Source of the DNA: Azolla caroliniana
Taxonomy: Eukaryota > Plantae > Polypodiophyta
Reading direction: 5' to 3'
DNA length: 64,000 bases
Assembly: GCA_043228905.1 (NCBI GenBank)
Contig: JBHGNT010000012.1
Span: forward strand, 13,950,001 to 14,014,000
The notes below the pieces were generated by a model. It ran no database searches and was not told the origin of the DNA. It saw only the letters and a list, made by a program, of their open reading frames with translations. This document shows, in pieces, positions 1 to 9,737 of the stretch (its first letter is position 1; every line of letters starts with the position of its first letter). A program made the translations under genes and the position numbers.

Positions 1-1961
1 TGGACGAGCATTTCAGAACACATGCTGTGTCCGAAATATCGAGTAATGAAGGTGCAAGCATGAGGGAAGCTTGCGTGATCAAGGGATGTAAAGAGTGCGA
101 GCTCGACGTGATTGAGGCGGTAGCCACGAGAAACGACATCAAGTCGCAGATGGCTAAGGAAGAGTTCACGGCGGATGACCGTGTCGAGACTTTCCCAACA
201 CTTGATCTAGAGACTTGGGAAGTTGCGTCCGAGAGCCAACATGAGACCCAAGAGACGGAAAGTGGTGGGGAAGAAAATATTGAAGACAATGCGAATAACA
301 ACATTGAGCGAAAGATGGCTACGGATGAGAAGACGGTGACCGATGGTGTCGAGGTTCTCCCCACATTTCTTCCTGAGACTTCGGCAGTTGTGCCCGAGTA
401 TCAACGTGAGACCGGAGAGACGGAAGGTGACGGCAAGAAATCGAAGGACCAAAGTGGCAATGAGGACGATAACCACAGACGAAGGGATCCCTCCACACTG
501 GTTCCGAAGACTTCGGCAGTTGTGCCCGAGAGCCAACGTCAAACCGGAGAGATGGAAGGTGGCAGCGAGGAGATGAGGGTCGAAGCCGGCGCATACAGAG
601 GAACGGTTGCCAACAAGGAGGCCAAAAACAAAGCTACAATAGAGTTCGATGAAGAGCCAAAGAGCGGCAAGAAAGGAAGAACCGGAATACAATCCGGATG
701 GAAGATGACTCGGTTGGTATTCCGACCCGAACGGAAGCCGACCCGGACGAGAGTTGATCAACCAGGCCCGACCCAACTGAAAACCGGACAGAAACTAACC
801 CGGACGAAAGTCGATCATCTAAGTCCAATTCGGCCGAATGTGAATCCGAACGAAGGCCGACCAAGCCAGAAGTTGATTGGTCGAGATCGATCCTGACAGA
901 AGTTGAGCCGGCCGAGACAGAGGTCGAAGCAAACGAGCCACGACATCCAGTCAAGGTTGTTGAGCATAAGGAAAGGCAAGCATGAGACGAGAAAGGATGA
1001 TAAAGGAAAGTTAAGTGACCAAGGAGATGGCCGAGATGAAGGTGGCACATGCACGAGGCATGAAGCGTTATGCTCGGGAGTAGCACAGGGAGCCATGACA
1101 ACTAGACATGGCAATAAAAAAGGTGAGCGAATGATATGGTGGATCGGATGGCAACGACAGTTCGAAGTAGACGACAAAAAGACGGTGCAGACGAGGCACA
1201 AGAAAGGAGGAAATCAAACACCAACCACCTTTGACCCTTCCACATCACTCTTTTCTTCTTGGCACATACCGGAGGATGTGCGGTTTGGTGGGGGTGGATG
1301 TCGTGATGTGGCATGTCTAGTGCGAGAAAAACTCAAAAATTGAGGATCCACACACATTTCACGAATACTTGTAAAAATGAAAATAAATAAACCTAGGTCA
1401 CAATGGCATTGAGTGCATGTAGAGGGTTGCAAGTAGGATTTGAACCTTGCACCTCTAAGGTAAGAGGCAATTACCTTACCACTAAAGCTACTACTAAGTG
1501 CTTTAGATGTTCTATATTTCTTTCTCATATTCAGTATTCCGTAGGAAACGAACGAACAAAACCGTGTACACAAAACCACGGTTTTAAGCCCATGGTTTCC
1601 TACATGTCACAAAGAAAAACTGTGTGCACAGAAACCATGGCTCCAAGCCCATGGTTTTGTGCATGTACAAACCTATAAAACCCCTAGTACGGCTTGTGTA
1701 AGGGGGGGCTCAATATGATATGACCATCATCATCACCATCAATAATATAAGCTTCTATTTCTTCTTCTTCGCATCTATCTTGTAATTATTTATCTACTTC
1801 TGAAAGTGTACAATCTTCAATCTTCTCAAGTGTAATAGGTCTTCCTCCAATCTTACATTCACATCGTCCTCTTCTCAATACCTTGACGGACATCCTCCTT
1901 GGTCCAAGACCCCAGTGATCCCGCTCAAGCGAAGCACGCTCGCACGCGCATCTTCGTGACA
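1..1961 (+). mobile_element. 3' part of a family-A-related Gypsy element (A0): low-complexity 3' ORF region, PPT and 3' LTR (1299-1961)
   Basis: Hairpin+PPT GCACATACCGGAGGATGTGCGGTTTGGTGGGGGTGGA abuts TGTCGTGA at 1299, as before the family-A 3' LTRs at 28007, 38141 and 53787. The LTR ends GGTCCAAGACCCC...CGTGACA at 1961 and interrupts the RNase H of element B1. Confidence 0.8.
27..896 (+). CDS. Acidic low-complexity ORF inside element A0, with imperfect peptide repeats; function unknown
   Basis: ORF track 289 aa; repeated motif PTxxPETSAVVPExQRxTGExEG; no recognisable domain. Confidence 0.35.
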   Translation: MSEISSNEGASMREACVIKGCKECELDVIEAVATRNDIKSQMAKEEFTADDRVETFPTLDLETWEVASESQHETQETESGGEENIEDNANNNIERKMATDEKTVTDGVEVLPTFLPETSAVVPEYQRETGETEGDGKKSKDQSGNEDDNHRRRDPSTLVPKTSAVVPESQRQTGEMEGGSEEMRVEAGAYRGTVANKEAKNKATIEFDEEPKSGKKGRTGIQSGWKMTRLVFRPERKPTRTRVDQPGPTQLKTGQKLTRTKVDHLSPIRPNVNPNEGRPSQKLIGRDRS

Positions 1962-3740
1962 ACGGAACGGGAAGCTCTAGGGATGATCTACAGTGTGACA
2001 AAGTTTCGGCATTATTTATTTGGAAGGAAGTTTTCCTTCCATATAGATCATTCGACACTCCTCTACCTGGTGTCCAAGGCATCACTCACCGGTAAGTTGG
2101 CCCGGTGGACCTTACTGTTACAGGAATTCGAGTTCAAAATATTCCACTGACCCGGTATACAGCATGCCGTAGCGGATTATTTAAGCCGATTAGAGTCTGG
2201 AGAGACGGGCGACGGAGTAGCGGACGAGTTTCCGGATGCGGAGTTGTTTCGAGTCACTACAGAAACGGCAGCAGATAAAATGGTGGCATAGGAAGACAAG
2301 TGGCTCACAAATATGCACCAGTTTCTGAGCACAGGACTGCCTCTGGAGGAGATGAACCGGGACGAAAGGAAACGCCTGGCGGTGCAAAGCCAACATTTTT
2401 GCTTACTGTGAGACACACTTTACCACAAGGGCGCAGACGGCATATGGAGACGAGCTGTGCGCAACGATGAAAAGGACCTCATACTGAGGGAAGCCCACTG
2501 CGGAGTTGCCGGAGGTCACTATGCCGGAGATGCGACGGCCAGGAAAATATGGCAAAGTGGCCTATGGTGGCCAACTACATTAAGAGATGCTGTACGGTAC
2601 GCAAAAGAATGTGACCTATGCCAGCGAATGGGCCAGCCAACGGAGCAAGCTCAAATGCCACACCAACCTGTACTACCACTCGAACCATTCCAGAAGTGGG
2701 GGCTGGACTTTGTTGGACCGTTCAAACCACCGACAATGAGAACAGGTAATTGGTACGTCATCGTCGCGACGGATTACTGCACGAAATGGGTGGAGGCCAA
2801 AGCCTTAAGAGACAACACCGTTGCGTCAATGGCAAAATTTCTATATGAATACATCTGGTGCTGTTACGGATGCCCAATCGAATTAATAAGCAACCAAGGG
2901 GGGCAGTTTCTCGACCAAGTAGTTGAAAGCCTGACGACATTCTATGCCGTTGTCCATAAACGGAGCACACCGTACTATCCGCAAGCAAACGGGATAATTG
3001 AGTCGATGAACAAAACGCTCCAGAATATCCTCCAGAAGATCGTCAACGAAAACCAAACGGATTGGGATACCAAGCTACATAGCACGCTTTGGGCATACCG
3101 GACAACATACAAAACGAGCATCCGAACAACACCGTTCCGGTTAGCGTTCAGACTAGTGGCGGTCATGCCGGTGGAATTCCAAGTACCAAGCTTACGGATC
3201 CAGCTACGGGAACGGCTGAACGAGAAGGAGTCGGAGGCAATACGGTTAACAACGTTGTGTGAACTCGAGGAACAACGACTGGCAAGCATCCTGCACTTAG
3301 AATTGGAACAACGGTGACGGAAAGCATTTGTCGACCGGCACAGGAAAGGAAATGAAAAAATGTTCAAAATCGGCAAGCCGGTGTTAGTATTTCAGACCTG
3401 GATGGGCAAGATGCCGGGTAAACTACGGTTTAGATGGACCGGCCCGTATTGGCTGACACGTTAGTATAATGGGTCCTACTAGTTAGGGACACTTGCCGGC
3501 GAAGTGCTAGGCAAATGGGTCAACGGATTCAAATTGAAGCCATATAGAGGACCGATGCCCAAGAACCCATTTGAGCAAAGGACCGACACCGGATCGGGAA
3601 CCGGTATGGAAACGGCAACCTATGAGGGAAACGGCAACCACCAAGACGGAGGAGACGGAAAGCCGGTAACTGGGGAGAATGAGGCGACGACAAACTGTAA
3701 TGAGGCCGGTAAGGGTCCGATAGGACCAACGGACAAGTAA
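1962..3740 (+). pseudogene. pol: pol remnant (RNase H + integrase) of B1 with in-frame stops
   Basis: ORFs 1899-2150, 2457-3317 and 3504-3740 lie in one frame, broken by TGA/TAG stops. Confidence 0.9.
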
Positions 3741-4095
3741 CCTCACACTACATTAAAAAAAAAAAAAACGAAGTAATCATGCAAAAGCGAGGTATGAACG
3801 GACAAGAGAGCGAGGAGCGAAAAGGTACGTAGTGGGCATTTAAGCGCCGCCACAGGACATAATGCTATTTTAGTACACGACGCTCGAAAAAGGCGCCTGA
3901 ATGCATAGAGAAAAACCACAGTGCATGGAGACCCTCTCCTTTCGCGAACCCAAGAGCACAGAAGCACCAAGGCGTTGGAAGATCATCAGACGAGAACCTA
4001 CGCACAGAGAACCCCCACTTTCTGAACTCTCTCTCTCTCACTCTCACTCTCATCACCATCCAACCTCGCCACCACAATCCGACCTCGACACAGAC

Positions 4096-6899
4096 ATGGA
4101 CCCGCAAACGCTGTCGGAAGCCGCCAAGAAATGGCTAAAGCAACACGGGCTCGAGGGCTTCTTGACGATTATGGAGGCACCGCCACACAAAGAAGCCGAC
4201 AAGGTGATCAAAGAAATCGACACAGAGGTCATAACGGAGGAGGCGATCCGTGCGTTAACAGGCCTTCCGGAGGGAGGCATATTCACGATCGACAATCCGA
4301 CCTCGGAGCAACTCATCAAGTATTTTGGTGAGTACTCCCTAGCCAGCAAGGGCTACCGGACACAGGGCGACGGAGATATGCTGTTCCGCGAGATTGACCG
4401 TGTGCTCCACGAATACGGCCATGTGTACCCTAGACCCCCTGTCATGCCGTAGAACCGGGCAGGGATGATCATCGCCACTTATGAAGGGATCAAGGTGGAT
4501 TGGCCGGTATTGATCGCAGACGGTTTGTGTGCGGCGATCGAGATCGTCAGAGGAAAAGACAGCAAAGAAGGTCGAGACGGACGGAAGATATGGCATGTAG
4601 TAACGCAGTGGCTCACCTTGCTTGTGCCACCCGTCCAGCCCGTCTAGCCCAAGAAGCGGGGAAGAGTGGCGGACGGCACCCCAAAGACTGCTTCCAAAAG
4701 ACAACAGATGTTGGCCTCTAAGGCCACTAAGGGGAAGGCAACGGACGCAGAACAGGCGGGAAAGGAGAACGCCAGCCGGAAGCGGCCAACGGATGCGCAG
4801 GAGGAACCACCAGTACGGCCCGTAAAGATTACACTCCACCAACCGATGAATAGAGAAGTGGACCCCTTGGCGGCGAAACTCAATGCCGGGACTCAGGAAG
4901 AGGAAATAGAGGAGGAGCCTACAGAGCACCTCCAACGACGGTCGTCGGCAAGGACCGTTGAGGCAGCCGGGAAACGTTCGGACCCTCAGACGGAGGGAAC
5001 ACCGGCTCCCCATACTGAGACTCCCACGCCAAGGGAGGAACCGGAGCCAGTGCGCATGGCACCGGAATCAGAAGCCCCCGCACCACCGGTACCACCGGCA
5101 AGTCTCGTACCGCCAGAGCCGGAAAGGTCAATGCAGTCTCCCTCGGCCAACCAAGAAGAAGCGCAAGGGGAACCAGGACAGCAGGGTGGTCCACGGGCAG
5201 AAACGGAATTGCAACTCGGCGCAATCAGGCGGGACCACCCACCCACAAGCGAGCCTATCGTCAAACCTCCGTGCAAGCGCAACAACAATGCACCGGTAGC
5301 CTGTGGCTCCGGTGGATAGGCGAACAGATTGCCGGAGCAGTGGGGTATATTGAGGCGGAAGAAAGAGCGCAAAGCGAACAGTTGCTCGTCACAACCGAAC
5401 AACTAGAGACGGCCCGGTCCAGAATCCGGTGCCTTGAAAAAGACTTGGATCAGGTCTCGGCAGAAATGGCCAAAATGGCCTTAACGGCAACACAGATCCA
5501 AGCACCGGTGACTTCGGTAAGTGTACAGAATAAAGAAACAGACCAACCTATACATACTAATAAGACCCCGGCAACGGAAACCGTTCCAGAGAGAGATGCG
5601 GTGCAAGCCCAGGAGCTTGCGGAATTGAGAGATGAACTTGCCGCACAAGAAGCGCTAAGGACCCGTGAACGGGAATTGAAGATGGCGGCCGAAGCAGAAT
5701 TAAAGAAGATTGTTGAGAACCTCCGCCGGGCAGAGGAGAGCCTCCGGAAAGGCCATCAAGCTTACGACCGGCTAAGGGAGGAAAAAGACAAAGTGCTGCA
5801 GGAAAAGGACAAGCTGTGGAAGACGGCGGAAACGGAAATTGAACGGCTAAAGGAGGAGCTCCGCCAGCAGAATGACCGCAAGGACCGGGCCCGTCGACAG
5901 ATCAACGTACGGCTCAAGCATAAGACAGATGATTTTTAGCACCTGCACCGGGACTACAAACAGCTGGAAACAGAGCATAAGGAACGGATGGCCGAGCTCC
6001 GGCAGGAAGTTGATCAGGCCGCGACGAGGCTCGCCGACGAAAGAGCGGAAAATACAAGACGGTTGGACGAGGCGGAGAAGGTCCGGATGGAGCTCCAGAG
6101 TCAGCAACAGGAAAAAAGGGAGAGAGCGACAACGGTATTGCAAAAATTACAAAGCACATATCAAGGGAAATTGACGCATTACAAGGAGTAGGCGGACGAC
6201 AACGTCAAAATCATCATGCAATTGAAGGAGGAACGACAAGCTGCGGAGATCAAATCGCAGATGGGAACGGGTCGGATTCAGTGCATCCTTCGAGCATGGC
6301 TGAATCAGACAAAACGCTTGATTGACGAAAGCTCCGTAAGATGATGGACAAAGTGGGCACAAAATACGGTGGAACTCTAATTGCTACGGGCAGACGTGGA
6401 AAACCGGCGGAAGGAAGGAGATGATTGTTACACGTTGACTTCCGAGGACTTCACCGCCATACGGGACGAGCTGGCCGAAGACTTCCAAGTCCTGGCAGAT
6501 GAACAGCTGGTGCAGGTCCGACAACTCGTAGCTTAGCTAGTCGATGATAGGCCGGACGCTCAAATCCAGTTTGAGAGCTACGAGCGGTCCCAGGTTCGGG
6601 AAGAAAAAGCACGGGAAGCGACAACGGTTAACCTTAGTGATGAGGAACCGTCACCGGACGAGGACCAGGCCGGAACCAGTCAACCGGAGACCATTGTGAC
6701 GGAGGGAGCAACGACGGTAACGCTGGTGTCAGAGCAACAAACGGAGGAGCAGCCGCAGCAGCCACCAACGGACCAGTCGCAACAGCCATCAATGGAGCAG
6801 CAGCAACAACAACCACAACAACAACAACAACAACCAATTCCAGATGAACCATTGGAGACTCTTGAACAAAGCATTCTGGATATTTTGGACGAAGAATAG
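4096..6899 (+). pseudogene. Extra 3' ORF of family B (~930 codons: globular N-terminus, Pro/Glu linker, long coiled coil, poly-Q acidic tail), disrupted
   Basis: Collinear ORF pieces 3901-4452, 4465-4647, 4666-5319, 5271-5939, 5988-6191, 6696-6899; homologous pieces in B2 (39880-41096, minus). Confidence 0.75.
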
Positions 6900-6935
6900 C
6901 AAGGGTCGGAAGGTGGATTCGACGTACAAGGTTCT

Positions 6936-6952
6936 GTCCCACGGGCGTGCCA
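6936..6952 (-). other. PBS-like site (TGGCACGCCCGTGGGAC, tRNA-Arg-type) occupying the PPT position of B1
   Basis: Plus strand reads GTCCCACGGGCGTGCCA, 2 nt upstream of the 3' LTR; conserved in B2 at 39829-39845. Confidence 0.75.
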
Positions 6953-6954
6953 TG

Positions 6955-7387
6955 TGTTACCGGCCGGCAAAGGAGTCTAGAGTGTGAAACGAAGGAGTTA
7001 TTTAATTATTAAGGAATGGTTGTAAGTGAGCTATTAGTGTGGATGGACGGACCGGAATTGGTATGCCGTTCCGGATCCGGACCGATCCCGAACAGGTGCG
7101 GATGGCACCGTTTTGTACTACAAACCGGAAACCTATTTAAAGGCCCGGATACAATGTAATGTAGAGCGGATAATTAATGAAGCTTAGTGTTTTTATCTCT
7201 GTGTTAATTGCCGTTCTGCATTCATTGTTATATCTTACGCGTGTGATTATTAAGGACGATCTTGCTAAGTAACCTAATTAAGTCGGATTAATCATTGAGC
7301 CTAATCCTCTTGCCGTAACACCCCTTTGGTGAAGTGTCTTCCGTAGACACCCTGTGTTAGGCCATTGTCCAGCCCTAAGAGTTAACA
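6955..7387 (+). repeat. Family B 3' LTR
   Basis: TG...CA termini with short inverted repeat (TGTTAC/GTTAACA); TATA-like CCTATTTAAAGG near 7130. Confidence 0.85.
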
Positions 7388-9200
7388 GGAACTTCAAGGC
7401 CAAGATATTTGAAGCTTTCCACACATTCAAGTGACTCATTGTTGTACATAATGCATACTTTATCTCTTTTTTGGCTCTTCACAAGCATAATCATTGTTTT
7501 AGAGCTATTGACACTTAATTTAGTAATCCATGCAATTTTTTTCCAATGCCTTCATAAGCTTTTGTGCATCTCCTAAAGTATTTGCAAAAAGCACTACATC
7601 ATCTGCATATAGCAAAAGCATAATCACAACATTCCCAATGACAACTTCTTCAACACATTCTTCCTTTGCAAACTTGGTAACCATTTCTTCCAATTCATCA
7701 ATGCATAGACCAAATACTGTTGGTGAAAGTGGGCATCCTTGCTTAACACCAATAGTGTTTTTGAAAAAATCTGAAAGTCTATCTCTCATATGCACACAAC
7801 ATATAACCTTCTCATAAATTTAGGAAATTGCAAGCATATATTCACTTGGCACCTCAAGTTCTTCCATTCGCCTCCAAAGATGCTCACGAGGTACCATATG
7901 TTACGGGCATGACCATTTAATATCCCGTGGTGAGAATTTACCGTAGTATTCTATACACGTGGATAAGTGTGAGGGTTAAACGAGAGTGTAAAGAAGGGGA
8001 GGATTACTTTTAATCCTCGGGATTGAGACAACCCATTAGGTCAAGTGTGAACTTGCCTGGGGGCCTTGGGTATCGCTATAAATAAGAGGCCTAGCTACCC
8101 TCATTTAATCATCTTTTTGACTACATCAAGACTCTGCTCTTGTGGTGGGTCAACTCTTGTAGCGAGCGCGCCAACACCAGGTACGACTCGACGCCACGGC
8201 GGTGGTATGGGACACCGATCGAGGCTCGAGTCCGTCTCGATCCCTTCGCTCGGGGGTGGTCGGGTGGATCGGCACCCTTCTTTCTTTTTCTCCTTTCTAT
8301 CTATCATTTGTTTATCCTTATTTTAAGCTTACTTTAGTACTTAGATCTCTAATACCATATCAAAAGCTTTCTTGAAGTCTACAAAGCAACAATATAAACC
8401 TTTACCTCTAAGGCGACTTTCCTCCATTAATACTCGAAGGGTGACAAGATGATCAATGGTGCTATGGTGTTTTCGAAAGCCAGCTTTTCCGTAAGATCTC
8501 TTACCATTTTTTTCAGCCCAACCCATACACTTATCTTTGATTCCATTATACATCAAAATTGTTTTTCCATTAATGAGCCAACCATGATGGTTTGATAGTT
8601 GTTTACATTATTGACATCTCCACCTTTATGTAAAGGTTTGATCCAATTTGTAGTCCAATCGTACGTCATACCATGTTGCAACACAACATTAAACATATCG
8701 CTTATCCATACATGTGCTTCCTTTCCTATCCATTTGAGCATTTCAACCTTTATACATTGAAGATCTCTTGCATTTCGAGAGGCCAATTTCTTAAGTTCTA
8801 TGCATATATCTTCACTTGTAAAGAAGGGAGACATATGTAAAAGAGAACCATAACACATCATCTTTCCGGCAAGAGATAGCTCATATAAATTCTTACAATG
8901 CATAGACAAGTCATGAAGAGTTAAGTCACCATAACTCTCAACATGTTTCCCCTTTAGATTTCCCCAAAATTTAGCACATGCATGTGCTTTTTCTTTCGTT
9001 TGGATAAATTGTTGAGTAACTTCCCATATTCTTCTCTTTCTTTGAATAAGCCTTTTACACTCATGCAAATGCTTTTGGTATTTCTCTTTATCCTTAACTA
9101 CATCCAAAACCATAAGGCACTTTCGAGCTTCACGACATTCTTTATCAAACCATTTTTTCCTAAGTTTCTTGGTGCATTTTCTAGAGTCTTCTAAGACCAA
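7388..9200 (-). mobile_element. Degenerate non-LTR retrotransposon (RTE/RTEX-like LINE) RT
   Basis: WFDKEC, AGFRKHHSTIDH, FVDFKKAFDMV, GVKQGCPLSP, LYADD and FKYLG motifs in order; interrupted by a solo LTR and by B1. Confidence 0.85.
7899..8354 (+). repeat. Solo LTR of chromovirus family E, TSD CCATA
   Basis: Homologous to the LTR at 58809-59264; CCATA at 7894-7898 and 8355-8359; removing it restores LINE peptide AFDMVPREHLW. Confidence 0.9.
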
Positions 9201-9737
9201 ATTTGATCAATGAGACAATTGGTCACAACAAAATGGGATGTATACCCAATCATTGAAAAATAAAAATAAAATAAAACTTAGATAAAAGAGTTCTAGTATT
9301 GTACAAAAGGTGTTATGGTGTAAAATATTCCATAAAGGAAATGGCTATATGCTAGGCCTAGTTTCATTTCCATCCAAGTCTCTTGAAAAGGAGTGGGAGG
9401 TGAAAGGGTTTCGATGTGGGTATGGCCTGTGGTCCCGATGTAAAAGGTACCCCAACCATAGGTTTTAGGCAATGTAACTCACGTTCCCTTATCTTCTTAA
9501 TTTCTTCTACACAATGAGTTACTTTGAGACTCGGCATCTGAGGGTGTTAGGTTGTTCTTTGGTTTTCTACTTTAGTGTGGGAGAAGTGGAGTGGTGCAGT
9601 ATGTCCACGCTCATCGTACCATCCTGTCCTTGAAATATTTCATTGGTTACATGTTGGTGAATATTAGAAAGATTATGGTTTGCATTTTGTAGCTTATTCG
9701 ATGTATGTTGTTTTTGCTTGAAGATATATCTGCCTAG

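Larger units (their letters stand above)
1962..7387 (+). mobile_element. Gypsy family B copy 1 (5' part outside window): RNase H-integrase, extra ORF, 3' LTR 6955-7387
   Basis: EREALGMIYSVTKFRHYL/IDH RNase H; HHCC zinc finger, WGLDFVGP and WTGPY integrase motifs; LTR TGTTAC...GTTAACA homologous to 39386-39826 and 51483-51862. Confidence 0.9.

Noticed and set aside
1426-1495. Functional tRNA gene
   Set aside because: A/B boxes are present but I cannot build a convincing acceptor stem or cloverleaf; kept only as a tRNA-derived module.
4096-6899. env gene or host myosin-like gene
   Set aside because: No evident signal or transmembrane segment; it lies inside the element in both copies; coiled-coil similarity is compositional.
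6890-6920. Purine-rich stretch as the true PPT of family B
   Set aside because: It is interrupted by pyrimidines, differs in B2 and lies more than 30 nt from the TG..CA LTR start; not fully excluded because the only 5' LTR copy is truncated at that end.
9200-9737. AT-rich segment (continuing at 16744-17100) hosting the Tat element
   Set aside because: No recognisable motif or ORF; left unannotated.
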